Assembly (NCBI GenBank): GCA_965116485.1
Contig: OZ220692.1
Coordinates: 1,443,279-1,507,278 of the forward strand
Origin: Acidimicrobiales bacterium
GTDB taxonomy: Bacteria; Actinomycetota; Acidimicrobiia; Acidimicrobiales; Aldehydirespiratoraceae
Length of the DNA stretch: 64,000 bases
Direction: 5' to 3'
This document shows positions 47,378 to 56,994 of this stretch, in pieces. Position 1 is the stretch's first letter; each line of letters starts with the position of its first letter. The notes under the pieces are model-generated. The model ran no database searches, was not told the DNA's origin, and saw only the letters and a list, made by a program, of their open reading frames with translations. Position numbers and translations under genes: made by a program.

Positions 47378-49318
47378 TCAGGGCGGGGGGTGGATGATCT
47401 CGAGGATGCGCGGGCCGAAGCGGTGGGCCAGGTTGGGGCTGATGATGGCGGCGAGTTCTGAATCGGTGCACGGCTCCTGCTCGGCGATGCGGCGCAATGC
47501 GCTGTCGCGCAACACCGCCTGAGGCGAGATCCGGGCTTTCCTGGCGGCGCTCTCGCGCCAGGACTGCAGTGCGGTCAACAGTTCTGCGGTGCGGTCGCCC
47601 CCCTCGTCGGGTGAATGGGACTCAGCGAGGCGCTCGAGCAGTCCAACGACTTCGCCTGGCGGCTCCACCGGGCCTTGAGACTCCTCCGATGCGAACGCCT
47701 CCAACCACCGGGAGGGGCGCCGCTCAACGAGCGTTTCTCCGACCGTTCGGCTCGAACACCACATGACGTGAAGCTCCTGGCGGGCTCTGGTGGCCGCGAC
47801 ATAGAGCAGGCGTTGCTCCTCTTGCAGCGCGGCCGCCGAGCGGGCATGAGCCACGGGAACCAGCCCGTCCTCGAGGCCGACCAAGTACACGATCTGCCAC
47901 TCGAGTCCCTTGGCAGCGTGGAACGTGCAGAGTTCGACGGCATCCACAGCCGCTTCGACACGATCATCACTGCGCAGCGACGCAACGAAGTCGGCGACCG
48001 TGGCGTTGGGCTCGAGTGCCAGGTGGTCCCGCGCCAGACCGACGAAAGTCTCGACCAAGGCGGCCTGCTCGGCGTCTTGGCTGGGATCCTGTTCGCGCAT
48101 GCGCTCGTCGGCCAAGACCGTGGACAGCGCCGCGTCGTCGGGCCAGCGGCTCAGCACATCGACTGTCTCCGGACGCCGCAGCAAGCCGCTGTCACGAGTT
48201 CGAGCAGGCACTCCCAGAGCCTTCAGTCGCGCCTGCAGAAGGGGCAGTTGTGCGTTGGTGCGGGCCAGCACCGCCTGATCCCGCCATGACCTGCCCGCGC
48301 GGTGGCGAGCGCGCAAGGCCAGGGCCAACGCCGAACCCTCGTCGTCACCGACAGTTGCAGTCACTGTGGTTGAGTTGCCGGAGGCCCTGGCGGCGGGTTG
48401 CGGTTCGCTGCCGAGCACACGGGCGGCGGCGTTCAGCACCTCCGGGGTCGAACGGAAGTTGGTCCGCAGCTTCACCACGGCGACACCGGCGAAGTGCTGG
48501 TCGACGTGTCGGATGAAGTCCGGATCGGCTCCGTTCCAGCCATAGATGGCCTGGTCGGGATCACCGACCAGAGCGAGCGACGACTCGGGGCCGAGCCATG
48601 CCCGCAAGACCGCGAACTGGAGGGGGTTGACGTCTTGGAACTCGTCGACGAACAGGTGTCGGCAGTACCAGCGTTGGGCGTCGGCGAAAGCCTTCTGCCG
48701 GGTCAGTACCCCATGACAGAGAGCCAGCACATCGTCGAAGTCGATGACCCGCCGTGCTCGTTTGGCCTCTTGGTAGGCGTCGTAGGCAGATGCCGTGAAG
48801 TCGGCGCTGCGCGGGGGCCGGCGGCGGGCCCGCGCAGCTTCGTCGGCGTAGCGCTCCGGCGTGATCAAGCGTGCTCGAGCCCAACCGATCTCTGTGTTGA
48901 GGGCGGCGATGGTCGCTTGGTCGAGGTTGGGGTTCGATTCTGCCAACAGCGAGAATCGGCTCGCTGAGAGCTTCATGTGGGGTCGTTCGCAGTGGTCCCA
49001 GTAGCGCCGCAACAACGTCAGAGCCGCCGAATGAAAGGTCCCGGCCGCGACTTCCTCCCGCATCCCCAGAGTTCGCAGCCTTGAGCGCAACTCGGACGCG
49101 GCCCGCCTGGTGAAGGTGAGCACCAGCACACGACGAGGGTCGATGTTGCCTTGGGCAGACTGCCAGGCCACTCGACGAGTCAACACCCGGGTCTTGCCCG
49201 ATCCCGCGCCGGCGAGAACACACAGCGGTGATGCGGCGGTGGTCACCGCGTCGCGCTGCTCCCCGGTCAACCCCGCCAGCAACGCCTCGGCGACCTCGGA
49301 GCGATCAGACGCGGTCAT
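47378..49318 (-). CDS. uvrD2: UvrD2-type ATP-dependent DNA helicase with HRDC domain
   Basis: LAGAGSGKT, FVDEFQD, NFRST, TFHAAKGLEW, EEQRLLYVAATRA, C-terminal HRDC-like segment. Confidence 0.9.
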   Translation of the reverse strand: MTASDRSEVAEALLAGLTGEQRDAVTTAASPLCVLAGAGSGKTRVLTRRVAWQSAQGNIDPRRVLVLTFTRRAASELRSRLRTLGMREEVAAGTFHSAALTLLRRYWDHCERPHMKLSASRFSLLAESNPNLDQATIAALNTEIGWARARLITPERYADEAARARRRPPRSADFTASAYDAYQEAKRARRVIDFDDVLALCHGVLTRQKAFADAQRWYCRHLFVDEFQDVNPLQFAVLRAWLGPESSLALVGDPDQAIYGWNGADPDFIRHVDQHFAGVAVVKLRTNFRSTPEVLNAAARVLGSEPQPAARASGNSTTVTATVGDDEGSALALALRARHRAGRSWRDQAVLARTNAQLPLLQARLKALGVPARTRDSGLLRRPETVDVLSRWPDDAALSTVLADERMREQDPSQDAEQAALVETFVGLARDHLALEPNATVADFVASLRSDDRVEAAVDAVELCTFHAAKGLEWQIVYLVGLEDGLVPVAHARSAAALQEEQRLLYVAATRARQELHVMWCSSRTVGETLVERRPSRWLEAFASEESQGPVEPPGEVVGLLERLAESHSPDEGGDRTAELLTALQSWRESAARKARISPQAVLRDSALRRIAEQEPCTDSELAAIISPNLAHRFGPRILEIIHPPP

Positions 49319-49356
49319 TCCCGCACCCTAGCCAGTCGACCGTTAGCCTCTGCGGG

Positions 49357-49701
49357 GTGGACCCGCTCAACCCGCTGCGTTTTGAAAGGCTGGTGGCGGA
49401 GGTGCTCGATGCGCTTCCGCCGGCGTTGGGCGCGCTGATGGAGAATGTGGCGGTCGTGGTCGAGGATCGGCACCCGACAGAAGACCTTCTCGGCTTGTAC
49501 GAAGGCGTCCCGCTCACTGAGCGGGAGACCTATGGCGCCTTCGAGATGCCCGACAAGATAAGCGTGTACAGGCTGGCGTTGTGCGAGATGTGTGTGGACG
49601 AAGAGGAACTGGCGGCGGAGATCGAGATCACCGTCATCCACGAGATCGCCCATCACTTCGGTATCGACGACGACTCGCTCCACGCTATGGGTTGGGGGTG
49701 A
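49357..49701 (+). CDS. Zincin-like metallopeptidase (Zincin_1 / DUF1025 type)
   Basis: LLGLYEGVPLTER, TVIHEIAHHFGIDD. Confidence 0.88.
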   Translation: MDPLNPLRFERLVAEVLDALPPALGALMENVAVVVEDRHPTEDLLGLYEGVPLTERETYGAFEMPDKISVYRLALCEMCVDEEELAAEIEITVIHEIAHHFGIDDDSLHAMGWG

Positions 49702-50689
49702 GGCGCGGGTTGGGGTTGAGGCGCGGGTCGGGGTTGAGTGCCGGGCCGGGTTCGAGGCGAGCGACGCGGGTCGGGTCGATCCTCAAGCGGACGCGGTCAC
49801 CCACCTCCGCGGCCTCGTCGACGCGGAAGCGCAGCTCGCCCAGTGCGGTGTCGAGGGTCAGGTCGTGGTGGTCGCCCCTGAAACGCGAAGCGATGACGAC
49901 CCCCTTCAGTTCGCCGTCTGCGGCGACTGTCGCGGCGTCGCGGCGGATCACCTCTAGCCGCGAACCGCGGGTCACGATGTTGCGGTGCCCCAAGAACTCG
50001 GCGACCGTGACCGTGCCGGGATCTGCCCAAACCTCGCCCGGAGGCCCGACCCGCAGGATGCGCCCCGCCTCCATCACCACGAGCCGGTCGGCGAGGCTGA
50101 ACGCCTCGTCGTGATCGTGCGTCACATGGATCGCCGTGGTGCCGGCCTCAGCGAGGACCTGGGGCAACTCGTCAGTCAATCGGTCACGCAGCGCGCGATC
50201 GAGCGACCCGAACGGCTCGTCGAGCAGCAGCAGCGAGGGGTTCGGCGCCAGTGACCTCGCCAGCGCAACTCTCTGCGCCTCGCCTCCCGACAGAGTGGCG
50301 ACGTCTCGGGACTCGAAACCGCCAAGGCCCACAAGCACCAGCAGTTCACGAACCCGTTGCGCCCTCTGAGCGGGCGCCAAGCCCGCCATGCGCAGACCGA
50401 ACTCCACGTTGCCCGCCACATCATGATGCGGAAACAGCGTGTGTTGCTGGAACATCAGACCGATGCTCCGTTGATGAGGCAGAAGCGCGGCGGCGTCCGC
50501 TCCGTCGATCAGGACCCGGCCCGAATCGGGTTGTTGAAGGCCGGCGACAACCCGCAGCATCGTCGACTTGCCGCAACCGCTCGGACCGAGGATCACGACC
50601 AGTTCACCCTCGGAGATGCTCAATGAAGCGTTGTCGACCGCGAGCAGGTCGGCGAACCGAACCGACACCGAGTCCAGTTCCCAGCTCAC
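49685..50689 (-). CDS. thiQ: Thiamine ABC transporter ATP-binding subunit
   Basis: GPSGCGKST, LSGGEAQR, LLDEP; in operon with thiB/thiP. Confidence 0.85.
   Translation of the reverse strand: MSWELDSVSVRFADLLAVDNASLSISEGELVVILGPSGCGKSTMLRVVAGLQQPDSGRVLIDGADAAALLPHQRSIGLMFQQHTLFPHHDVAGNVEFGLRMAGLAPAQRAQRVRELLVLVGLGGFESRDVATLSGGEAQRVALARSLAPNPSLLLLDEPFGSLDRALRDRLTDELPQVLAEAGTTAIHVTHDHDEAFSLADRLVVMEAGRILRVGPPGEVWADPGTVTVAEFLGHRNIVTRGSRLEVIRRDAATVAADGELKGVVIASRFRGDHHDLTLDTALGELRFRVDEAAEVGDRVRLRIDPTRVARLEPGPALNPDPRLNPNPRLTPNP
49689..49760 (+). repeat. 4 x 18-bp VNTR encoding the ThiQ C-terminal tail
   Basis: GGGTTGGGGGTGAGGCGC / GGGTTGGGGTTGAGGCGC / GGGTCGGGGTTGAGTGCC / GGGCCGGGTTCGAGGCGA. Confidence 0.85.
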
Positions 50690-50695
50690 AATGCC

Positions 50696-50773
50696 CCCCG
50701 GTTCACGGCGTCCCCCGGTTCCACAGCGCCTCCGGTTCGCGGCGTCCCCCGGTTCGCGGCGTCCTCCGGTTCA
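50696..50773 (+). repeat. 5 x 17-bp VNTR filling the thiP-thiQ spacer
   Basis: CCGGTTC cores at 50698, 50715, 50732, 50749, 50766. Confidence 0.88.
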
Positions 50774-52408
50774 CAAGAAGTCCTGTTCGGTTCCACGAGC
50801 CGCTTCGATCGCCACCACCGACAGAGCCACAGTCCCCATGAGCACGACCGCCAGCGCCATCGCCTGCCCGCGCAGCAGCTCGCCGGGAGTCGACAGCAGC
50901 CGGAACAGTGCCAACGGAGCAGTGAGGGTCTCGGGTCGGCGCGGCAGGAACGAAGTCGCCCCGAACTCACCGAACGATACAGCGAAGGCGAAACCGGCCC
51001 CCACCAACATTCCCCGGCCGGCGATCGGCAGGTCAATGAGGCGCCGTACCCGCCCGGGGGAAGCCCCCAACACCGCGGCTGCCTCGCGGATCTGCGGATC
51101 TATCCTGCGCAGCACCGGAACCATGGTCCGCACCACGAAGGGCGTTCCGACCAGTGCGTGGGCGATCGGGATGATCCACCACGAAGTGCGCAGGTCAAGG
51201 GGCGGCTCGTCGAGCGCGATGAGGATTCCGAACCCGATGGTCACAGCCGACGTCCCGAGCGGAAGGGTCAGTCCGAGGTCGAATATCCGGCGGAGGCTCA
51301 GTTGCCCGTGTACCACCACGAACGCGGTCAACGTGCCGACCGTCAAAGCCATCGCTGTGGCCGCGGTCGCGAAGACCAGAGAGGTGCTCAACGCCGTTGC
51401 TGCCGAAGCCGGAAGCTGCGGCACCCGTTCGGTTAGCGCTCGATAGTGGTCGAAACCGTAGCCGTCGCCGACGGCCAGCGAGCGTTCGAAGAGGATCGCT
51501 ATCGGGGAGCCGAGCAGGACCGTGATCACCGCCAGGTTCGCCCACGTGAACCCTCGCCGCAGCGGCTTCGGCGGATCATGCGCGACCCCGGTCGGCGCGG
51601 GCCTGCGGCGTTCGAGCCGCGTGGCGACCGCGATCAGCGCCAGCACCGCGAAGAGTTGCAGCAGCGCCAGAGCCGCCGCAGATCGCAGGTCGCCGCGGGT
51701 GACGGCTTGACGGTAGATCTCGGTTTCCAGAGTCGCCCGGCGCGGTCCGCCGAGCAGCAGGATCACTCCGAAGGATGTGAACGAGAACAGAAAGACGATC
51801 GCGCAAGCCGAGGCGATTGCGGGTCGCAGCCTCGGCAGCGTCACCGACCAGAAGGTTCGCGCCGGTCCGGCCCCCAGCACCCGGGCCTGTTCCTCGAGAT
51901 GGTGGTCCAAGCCGCTCCAGAACGATCCGACTATGCGCACAACCACCGCGTAGTTGAAGAACACGTGTGCGAGCAGGATTGCCCACACCGTGTGGCGCAG
52001 ACGAAAGTCGCCCTGATCGAGTCCGAGCCGGAAGAAGACCCCTTCGAACGCACCGGCGACGACCACGGTCGGAAGCACGAAGGGCACGGTTACCAGGCCT
52101 CGGATCAAGTGTCGCCGTCGGCCCCTGAGTCGTGAGACCAGAGCAGCCGCGGGCAGCGCGACCACCAGCGTGATCACCGTTGAGGCGAGCGCCTGCCACA
52201 CGGTGAACCACACGACGCCCCGGGTCCGCGGCGAAGCGAACAGGTCCGACATCGGCCCGAGTCCCTCCTCGGCGAGGCCGCGCCACAGGATCGCCCCGAC
52301 CGGATAGACGAAGAACACCGCCAGGAAGACAGCGGGCGCCCCGACCGCGACCCAGCGGGCCGCGAGTCCTGCTATCCGAGAACGATCTCGACCCACCGGT
52401 CCGTCCAT
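50771..52408 (-). CDS. thiP: Thiamine ABC transporter permease
   Basis: Two EAA-like loops (LEEQARVLGA; IREAAAVLGA), PFVLPTVV; start uncertain (about 52370-52408). Confidence 0.85.
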   Translation of the reverse strand: MDGPVGRDRSRIAGLAARWVAVGAPAVFLAVFFVYPVGAILWRGLAEEGLGPMSDLFASPRTRGVVWFTVWQALASTVITLVVALPAAALVSRLRGRRRHLIRGLVTVPFVLPTVVVAGAFEGVFFRLGLDQGDFRLRHTVWAILLAHVFFNYAVVVRIVGSFWSGLDHHLEEQARVLGAGPARTFWSVTLPRLRPAIASACAIVFLFSFTSFGVILLLGGPRRATLETEIYRQAVTRGDLRSAAALALLQLFAVLALIAVATRLERRRPAPTGVAHDPPKPLRRGFTWANLAVITVLLGSPIAILFERSLAVGDGYGFDHYRALTERVPQLPASAATALSTSLVFATAATAMALTVGTLTAFVVVHGQLSLRRIFDLGLTLPLGTSAVTIGFGILIALDEPPLDLRTSWWIIPIAHALVGTPFVVRTMVPVLRRIDPQIREAAAVLGASPGRVRRLIDLPIAGRGMLVGAGFAFAVSFGEFGATSFLPRRPETLTAPLALFRLLSTPGELLRGQAMALAVVLMGTVALSVVAIEAARGTEQDFL

Positions 52409-53514
52409 TCGTCGCGGTGGGCCTCGATGTCGGCGGGATCGACGAAGAGCGGATCGTCGGCGATCTGCGCGTGGTCGACGAAGGCCTGCGGCAGCGTGGC
52501 GCTGTTCGCCACGGGGAACACGAACATGTTGAGAGGCACGTCGTCCTGGAAGGCGGGCGTGAGCATGAAGTCGATCAGCGCCCGAGCCTCTTGGGGGTGA
52601 TCGGTCCCCGACAGCACCCCGGCGAACTCGATCTGGCGGAAACACGAATCGAGGAGCACCCCGGTCGGAGGCGTGTCGATGGGAGCGCTCGCGTAGATCA
52701 CCTCCGCCGGTGGACTCGAGGCGTAGGAGACGACCATCGAGCGGTCGCCGCCGCCGGAGATGAACTCTCCGTAGTAGGCGTCCTCCCAGCCTGCGGTGAC
52801 CGCGACCCCGTTGTCGGCGAGGTCGGCCCAGAACTGTTCCCAGTCGTCGGTTCCGGCGATAGTGGCCAACAGGAAGGCAAGGCCCGGCGAGGAGGTTTCG
52901 GGGTTCTGCACCACGAGTTGGTCGGCGAACTCCGGCGCGGTCAGGTCCTCGAGTCTGGCGGGGGGATCGGCGGGCAGCGCATCGGTCCAGTAGTTGACGC
53001 AGACGTCGCCGAAATCGATGGGAGTGACCCGGTGCTGGGGATCAAGTTTGAACACGTCGGGCACGTCGACGAGTTTGGGTGACTCGTAGGGCTCGAACAG
53101 TTCGGCGTTGAGCGCACGGGCCAGGAAGGTGTTGTCGACGCCGAACATCACGTCACCGAGCGGATTGCCGGCGGTGAGGATCGCCTCGCTCACCATCGTG
53201 CCCGTGTCGCCTGCTTGCAGGAGCGTTACTTCGATACCGGTCTGAGCGGTGAAGGCCGCGAGCGTCTCGTCCGAGAGAGCGAACGAGTCGTGGGTGAGCA
53301 GGGTGATACCCGCAGGATCGGCAGCGGGTTCGTCGCCGCCTGTGGTGACGTACTGTGAACTCTCGGCGGTTTCGTCGGTGGTCTCTCCGGCATCGGCAAA
53401 GGAGCCGGTGTCGCCGACGTTGTCGTCGTTGCCGCACCCCGCAGCGATCAAGACGATGACGATAAAGACGATGAGCCCGGCTGTGAGGCTGAGGGGAGTG
53501 TGTGGTCGAGTCAT
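52372..53514 (-). CDS. thiB: Thiamine ABC transporter substrate-binding lipoprotein
   Basis: Lipobox AAGC, LLTHDSF, TSSPGLAFL, VVSYASSP, CFRQIEFAG; ATG directly follows a TPP riboswitch. Confidence 0.93.
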   Translation of the reverse strand: MTRPHTPLSLTAGLIVFIVIVLIAAGCGNDDNVGDTGSFADAGETTDETAESSQYVTTGGDEPAADPAGITLLTHDSFALSDETLAAFTAQTGIEVTLLQAGDTGTMVSEAILTAGNPLGDVMFGVDNTFLARALNAELFEPYESPKLVDVPDVFKLDPQHRVTPIDFGDVCVNYWTDALPADPPARLEDLTAPEFADQLVVQNPETSSPGLAFLLATIAGTDDWEQFWADLADNGVAVTAGWEDAYYGEFISGGGDRSMVVSYASSPPAEVIYASAPIDTPPTGVLLDSCFRQIEFAGVLSGTDHPQEARALIDFMLTPAFQDDVPLNMFVFPVANSATLPQAFVDHAQIADDPLFVDPADIEAHRDEWTDRWVEIVLG

Positions 53515-53612
53515 GGCTTCCTCCGCTGGCATTATCCAGATCAGGTTCTTGCGGGTCGCCGACGCGGACGGTCGACCTCTCAGCCCGGCTGCCCCGAGCT
53601 CCCCGGATTCGT
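53515..53612 (-). promoter_or_regulatory. TPP riboswitch
   Basis: Minus strand reads CGGGGAGC...GGGCTGAGAGG...GACCCGCAAGAACCTGATCTGGATAATGCCAGCGGAGGAAG, the canonical THI-box core, ending at the thiB RBS. Confidence 0.95.
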
Positions 53613-53675
53613 ATGTGCGTCCGATTGTAACCCGAAGGAGGCAATGCGTGCTTGAGTCGGGCATGCTTGTCAGCC

Positions 53676-54512
53676 ATGCCACGAGCACACAACGAATCCA
53701 TCGAAATCGAATACGAGACCTTCGGGTCGCGCGGCGATCCGGCGCTGATCTGCATCCCGGGTCTCGGCAGCCAGCTGCTGTCGTACCCCGTCGAGTTGTG
53801 TCAAGCGTTCGTGGACCGGGGCTTCTTCGTGGTCAGAATGGACAACCGCGACGCCGGGCTGTCGTCGATGACCAGCGATGACGACGGCTACACGCTCGAC
53901 GACATGGCCGATGACGTGGTGGCGGTCCTTGACCACGCCGCAGTGCCAGAAGCGCTGGTGCTGGGAGTCTCGATGGGAGGGATGATCGCCCAAGTGACCG
54001 CGATCCGACATCCCGAGCGAACCCGTGCGCTGGTGTCGATCATGTCGACCACCGGCGAGCCCGACGTCGGCAATCCCACCCTCGATGCATGGGATGTCCT
54101 GACCGCGCCCCCCGAGGACTCGATCGAGGCCCAGATCGAAGCGGATGTGAAAGCCGGCCGGATCTGGTCGAACCCCGATTGGTTCGATCCCGAGACTCTG
54201 AGGTCGTTCCTGGCGGCGGGATATCAGAGGGCCTGGAACCCGGGCGCGGCGCAGAGGCAGATGAAGGCCATCATGGCCAGCGGCGACCGCGTCGCCGGTC
54301 TTTCGGAGTTGGCCGTGCCGGCGCTGGTCGTCCACGGCGGGTTGGACACACTGATCGCTCCGTCGGGAGGCGCGCGGACCGCGGAGCTGATCAGCGGTTC
54401 CCGTTACCTGCTGATCGAGGAGATGTCGCATGATTTCGTGCCCCAGGCATGGCCCGCCGTGGTTGAAGCGGTCACCGCGCTCGCGGCCGACACCTTCGGC
54501 CCTCTCCGTTAG
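53676..54512 (+). CDS. Alpha/beta hydrolase (LipG-like)
   Basis: IEYETFG, DNRDAGLS, GVSMGGMIAQ, MSHD. Confidence 0.9.
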   Translation: MPRAHNESIEIEYETFGSRGDPALICIPGLGSQLLSYPVELCQAFVDRGFFVVRMDNRDAGLSSMTSDDDGYTLDDMADDVVAVLDHAAVPEALVLGVSMGGMIAQVTAIRHPERTRALVSIMSTTGEPDVGNPTLDAWDVLTAPPEDSIEAQIEADVKAGRIWSNPDWFDPETLRSFLAAGYQRAWNPGAAQRQMKAIMASGDRVAGLSELAVPALVVHGGLDTLIAPSGGARTAELISGSRYLLIEEMSHDFVPQAWPAVVEAVTALAADTFGPLR

Positions 54513-54570
54513 CGCTCGTGTGCGGCTCGGGTAGGGTCCGGTCAGGCACCACGACACGGGAGAACGACCT

Positions 54571-55713
54571 ATGGGTCCGCTTGAGGGTGTGAGGATTGTT
54601 GAGATCGCAGGAATCGGGCCGGGTCCGTTCTGCGCCATGATGCTGGCCGACATGGGGGCCGACGTGGTCCGAGTCGACCGGGCCGACCGGGTGCGCGGCG
54701 CAGACCCGGACGTTCCGTCCGCCGACGTCATGAACCGCGGGCGCCGCTCGATCGGCGTCGACCTCAAGTCCGCCGAGGGCATCGAGGTCGTGATGCGCCT
54801 CGTTGAGTCGAGCGACGGCCTGATCGAGGGGTTCCGACCGGGCGTGGCCGAGCGCCTGGGCATCGGCCCCGAGGATTGCTCGGTCCGCAACCCCGCTCTG
54901 GTCTACGGTCGCATGACCGGCTGGGGACAGGACGGCCCCTATGCACAGGCCGCGGGCCACGACATCAACTATGTGGCTCTCTCGGGCACCTTGGACGCCA
55001 TTGGCAGAGTCGATTCCGGTCCCGTGCCTCCGCTCAATCTCATAGGTGATTTCGGAGGCGGGGGGATGTACCTGGCCTTCGGCATGGTCTGCGCGATCCT
55101 TGAGGCAAAGAACTCCGGGAAGGGCCAGGTCGTCGACGCTGCGATGGTCGACGGATCGGCGTCGTTGGCCACCTTCTTCTACGGGCTGCGGGCGATGGGC
55201 GTGTGGGAGGACCGACGCGGAACGAACATGCTCGACACCGGGGCGCACTACTACGACGTCTATGAATGCGCCGACGGGAAGTACGTGTCCATCGGTTCGA
55301 TAGAGCGTCAGTTCTACGCGGAGCTGCGAGAGAAGCTCGGACTCGACGACGGCAAATGGGATGCCCAGAACGACAAACGCCAATGGGCTGACCGCAAAAC
55401 CGATCTTGCTGAGATCTTCAAGACCCGGACCCGTGATGAATGGAGCGCGCTGATCGAAGGCTCCGATGTGTGCTTCGCCCCGGTGCTGTCGATGGCCGAA
55501 GCGCCCGACCATGCCCACAATCGTGAGCGGGGCGCGTTCACCGAAGTGGCCGGTGTGGTTCAGCCCCGGCCGGCCCCCCGGTTCAGCCGTACCGACGGAG
55601 AGATCACGCGACCTCCGCCGCACGCCGGTCAGCACAGCGACGAACTGCTAGCGGAGTGCGGATTCAGCCCCGACGAGGCAGCGGCGTTGCGTTCGGCGGG
55701 CGCGGTTGCCTGA
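54571..55713 (+). CDS. CaiB/BaiF family III CoA-transferase / alpha-methylacyl-CoA racemase-like
   Basis: GPLEGVRIVEIAGIGPGPF, AGHDINY, NLIGDFGGG, DAAMVDG. Confidence 0.92.
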   Translation: MGPLEGVRIVEIAGIGPGPFCAMMLADMGADVVRVDRADRVRGADPDVPSADVMNRGRRSIGVDLKSAEGIEVVMRLVESSDGLIEGFRPGVAERLGIGPEDCSVRNPALVYGRMTGWGQDGPYAQAAGHDINYVALSGTLDAIGRVDSGPVPPLNLIGDFGGGGMYLAFGMVCAILEAKNSGKGQVVDAAMVDGSASLATFFYGLRAMGVWEDRRGTNMLDTGAHYYDVYECADGKYVSIGSIERQFYAELREKLGLDDGKWDAQNDKRQWADRKTDLAEIFKTRTRDEWSALIEGSDVCFAPVLSMAEAPDHAHNRERGAFTEVAGVVQPRPAPRFSRTDGEITRPPPHAGQHSDELLAECGFSPDEAAALRSAGAVA

Positions 55714-55719
55714 GTCCCC

Positions 55720-56073
55720 GTGATCCACGACCTCCATGAGATCGGCGGCTGGTTGCTCATCGCAGCCAACGGCACAGCCGGGATCTGGGCGCTGTCGGCC
55801 CATCGCTATGAGCGGCTCCGCGGCAGGGCGTGTTGGATCGCGGTCGCTGTCGCGCAGTTGATCGTCGTCGCCCAGACGCTGAGTGGGGCAGCGATCCAGA
55901 TCTCCGACGACGGCCTCGGCGGGCAGCATCAGCTGTACGGATTCGCGGCCTTCGTCTCGGTGGGGATCATCTTCGCGTACCGCAACGAGATGCGCGACCG
56001 GCCTTACCTGCTGTTCGGACTCGGAAGCCTGTGGCTGATGGGCCTCGGACTTCGCGCGATAGTTCTGGTATAG
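55720..56073 (+). CDS. Small 4-TM membrane protein
   Basis: Four hydrophobic segments in 117 aa. Confidence 0.7.
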   Translation: MIHDLHEIGGWLLIAANGTAGIWALSAHRYERLRGRACWIAVAVAQLIVVAQTLSGAAIQISDDGLGGQHQLYGFAAFVSVGIIFAYRNEMRDRPYLLFGLGSLWLMGLGLRAIVLV

Positions 56074-56094
56074 GCAACCGCTGCGGTCAGGCGG

Positions 56095-56331
56095 TCAGAT
56101 CCTGACGATGGGGCACAGCAGAGTGCGTTCGACGCCCGCAATTCCCTGCACGGCGTGTACCACGATCTGGCCCAGGTCATCCATCGAGGCTGCCTCCGCG
56201 CGGGCGATCACATCGTATGGACCCATCGCCACCTCAGCGGAGACGATCTCGTCGAGCTCGCCTGTGGCTTGGGCCACATCCACAGCGGTGCCGACGGCGG
56301 CTTGGATCAGGATGTATGCGCTTACTGACAT
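56095..56331 (-). CDS. Lrp/AsnC ligand-binding-domain-only protein
   Basis: MSVSAYILIQ, MGPYDVIARAE, GVERTLLCP; GGAG RBS. Confidence 0.85.
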   Translation of the reverse strand: MSVSAYILIQAAVGTAVDVAQATGELDEIVSAEVAMGPYDVIARAEAASMDDLGQIVVHAVQGIAGVERTLLCPIVRI

Positions 56332-56465
56332 GTGGACTCCTGCTGTTCTTCCGGTCTGTTCGGGGCCTGGCCGGCCATCAGCTGCAACGATGATTCCCAT
56401 CGCTGAAAGATGTCGGACCGACTTCGCTCTCGCTGGGCGATTAGTAAGGGTAATCGCAGGATCGT

Positions 56466-56498
56466 GGCCGCTCAACCGACGCGCTCGGTTGAGCGGCC
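56466..56498. terminator. Perfect 14-bp-stem hairpin (terminator-like, no U-tract)
   Basis: GGCCGCTCAACCGA-CGCGC-TCGGTTGAGCGGCC. Confidence 0.5.
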
Positions 56499-56643
56499 CG
56501 GTGAGCGAAGCGAACCAAGAGCGGGAAACAACGGGCTGCAACTCGAGGGCTTGCCTGTTTGCGGGGCCTCTTAGACAAGTTCGAGAATAGTGGCATCTCT
56601 AGCCACCCCAGTTGCTCTAGGTGGGTGGACAGCCGAGGCGGGT

Positions 56644-56865
56644 CTAGAGGTCGGGGGTGGACATGTCGATCTCGGATCCGAGGCGCAGCGCTGTGGCCCT
56701 TCCGGATTCGTCGAGGTCGAACTGCACCCGCTGGCCCTGCCGCAGCATGCGGAACACCGAGCCTTCCAGAGCGTCGGTGGCCAAGTCGACGTCGGTGAGG
56801 TCGGCTTCGTTGATGAGGACACCGTCGCCGGTGCCCGGATCGAAATTCTTGATGACGCCCTGCAT
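56644..56865 (-). CDS. Cold-shock-domain-like small OB-fold protein
   Basis: MQGVIKNFDPGTGDG...FRMLRQGQRVQFDL. Confidence 0.75.
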   Translation of the reverse strand: MQGVIKNFDPGTGDGVLINEADLTDVDLATDALEGSVFRMLRQGQRVQFDLDESGRATALRLGSEIDMSTPDL

Positions 56866-56994
56866 TCCCAGAGCGTACCCCGGCGCGGCCCCAAGTGGCC
56901 CGCCCGGGCCCGAGCGGCCCGTCGCGCAGCGACAGGAGCGGGAGCGGAGCGTGAACCTCGCGCGGGGTGCTCGCGGGAGGTACCATCCGTCGTC

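Noticed and set aside
53515-53688. N-terminal extension of ThiB
   Set aside because: This interval is the TPP riboswitch and its leader.
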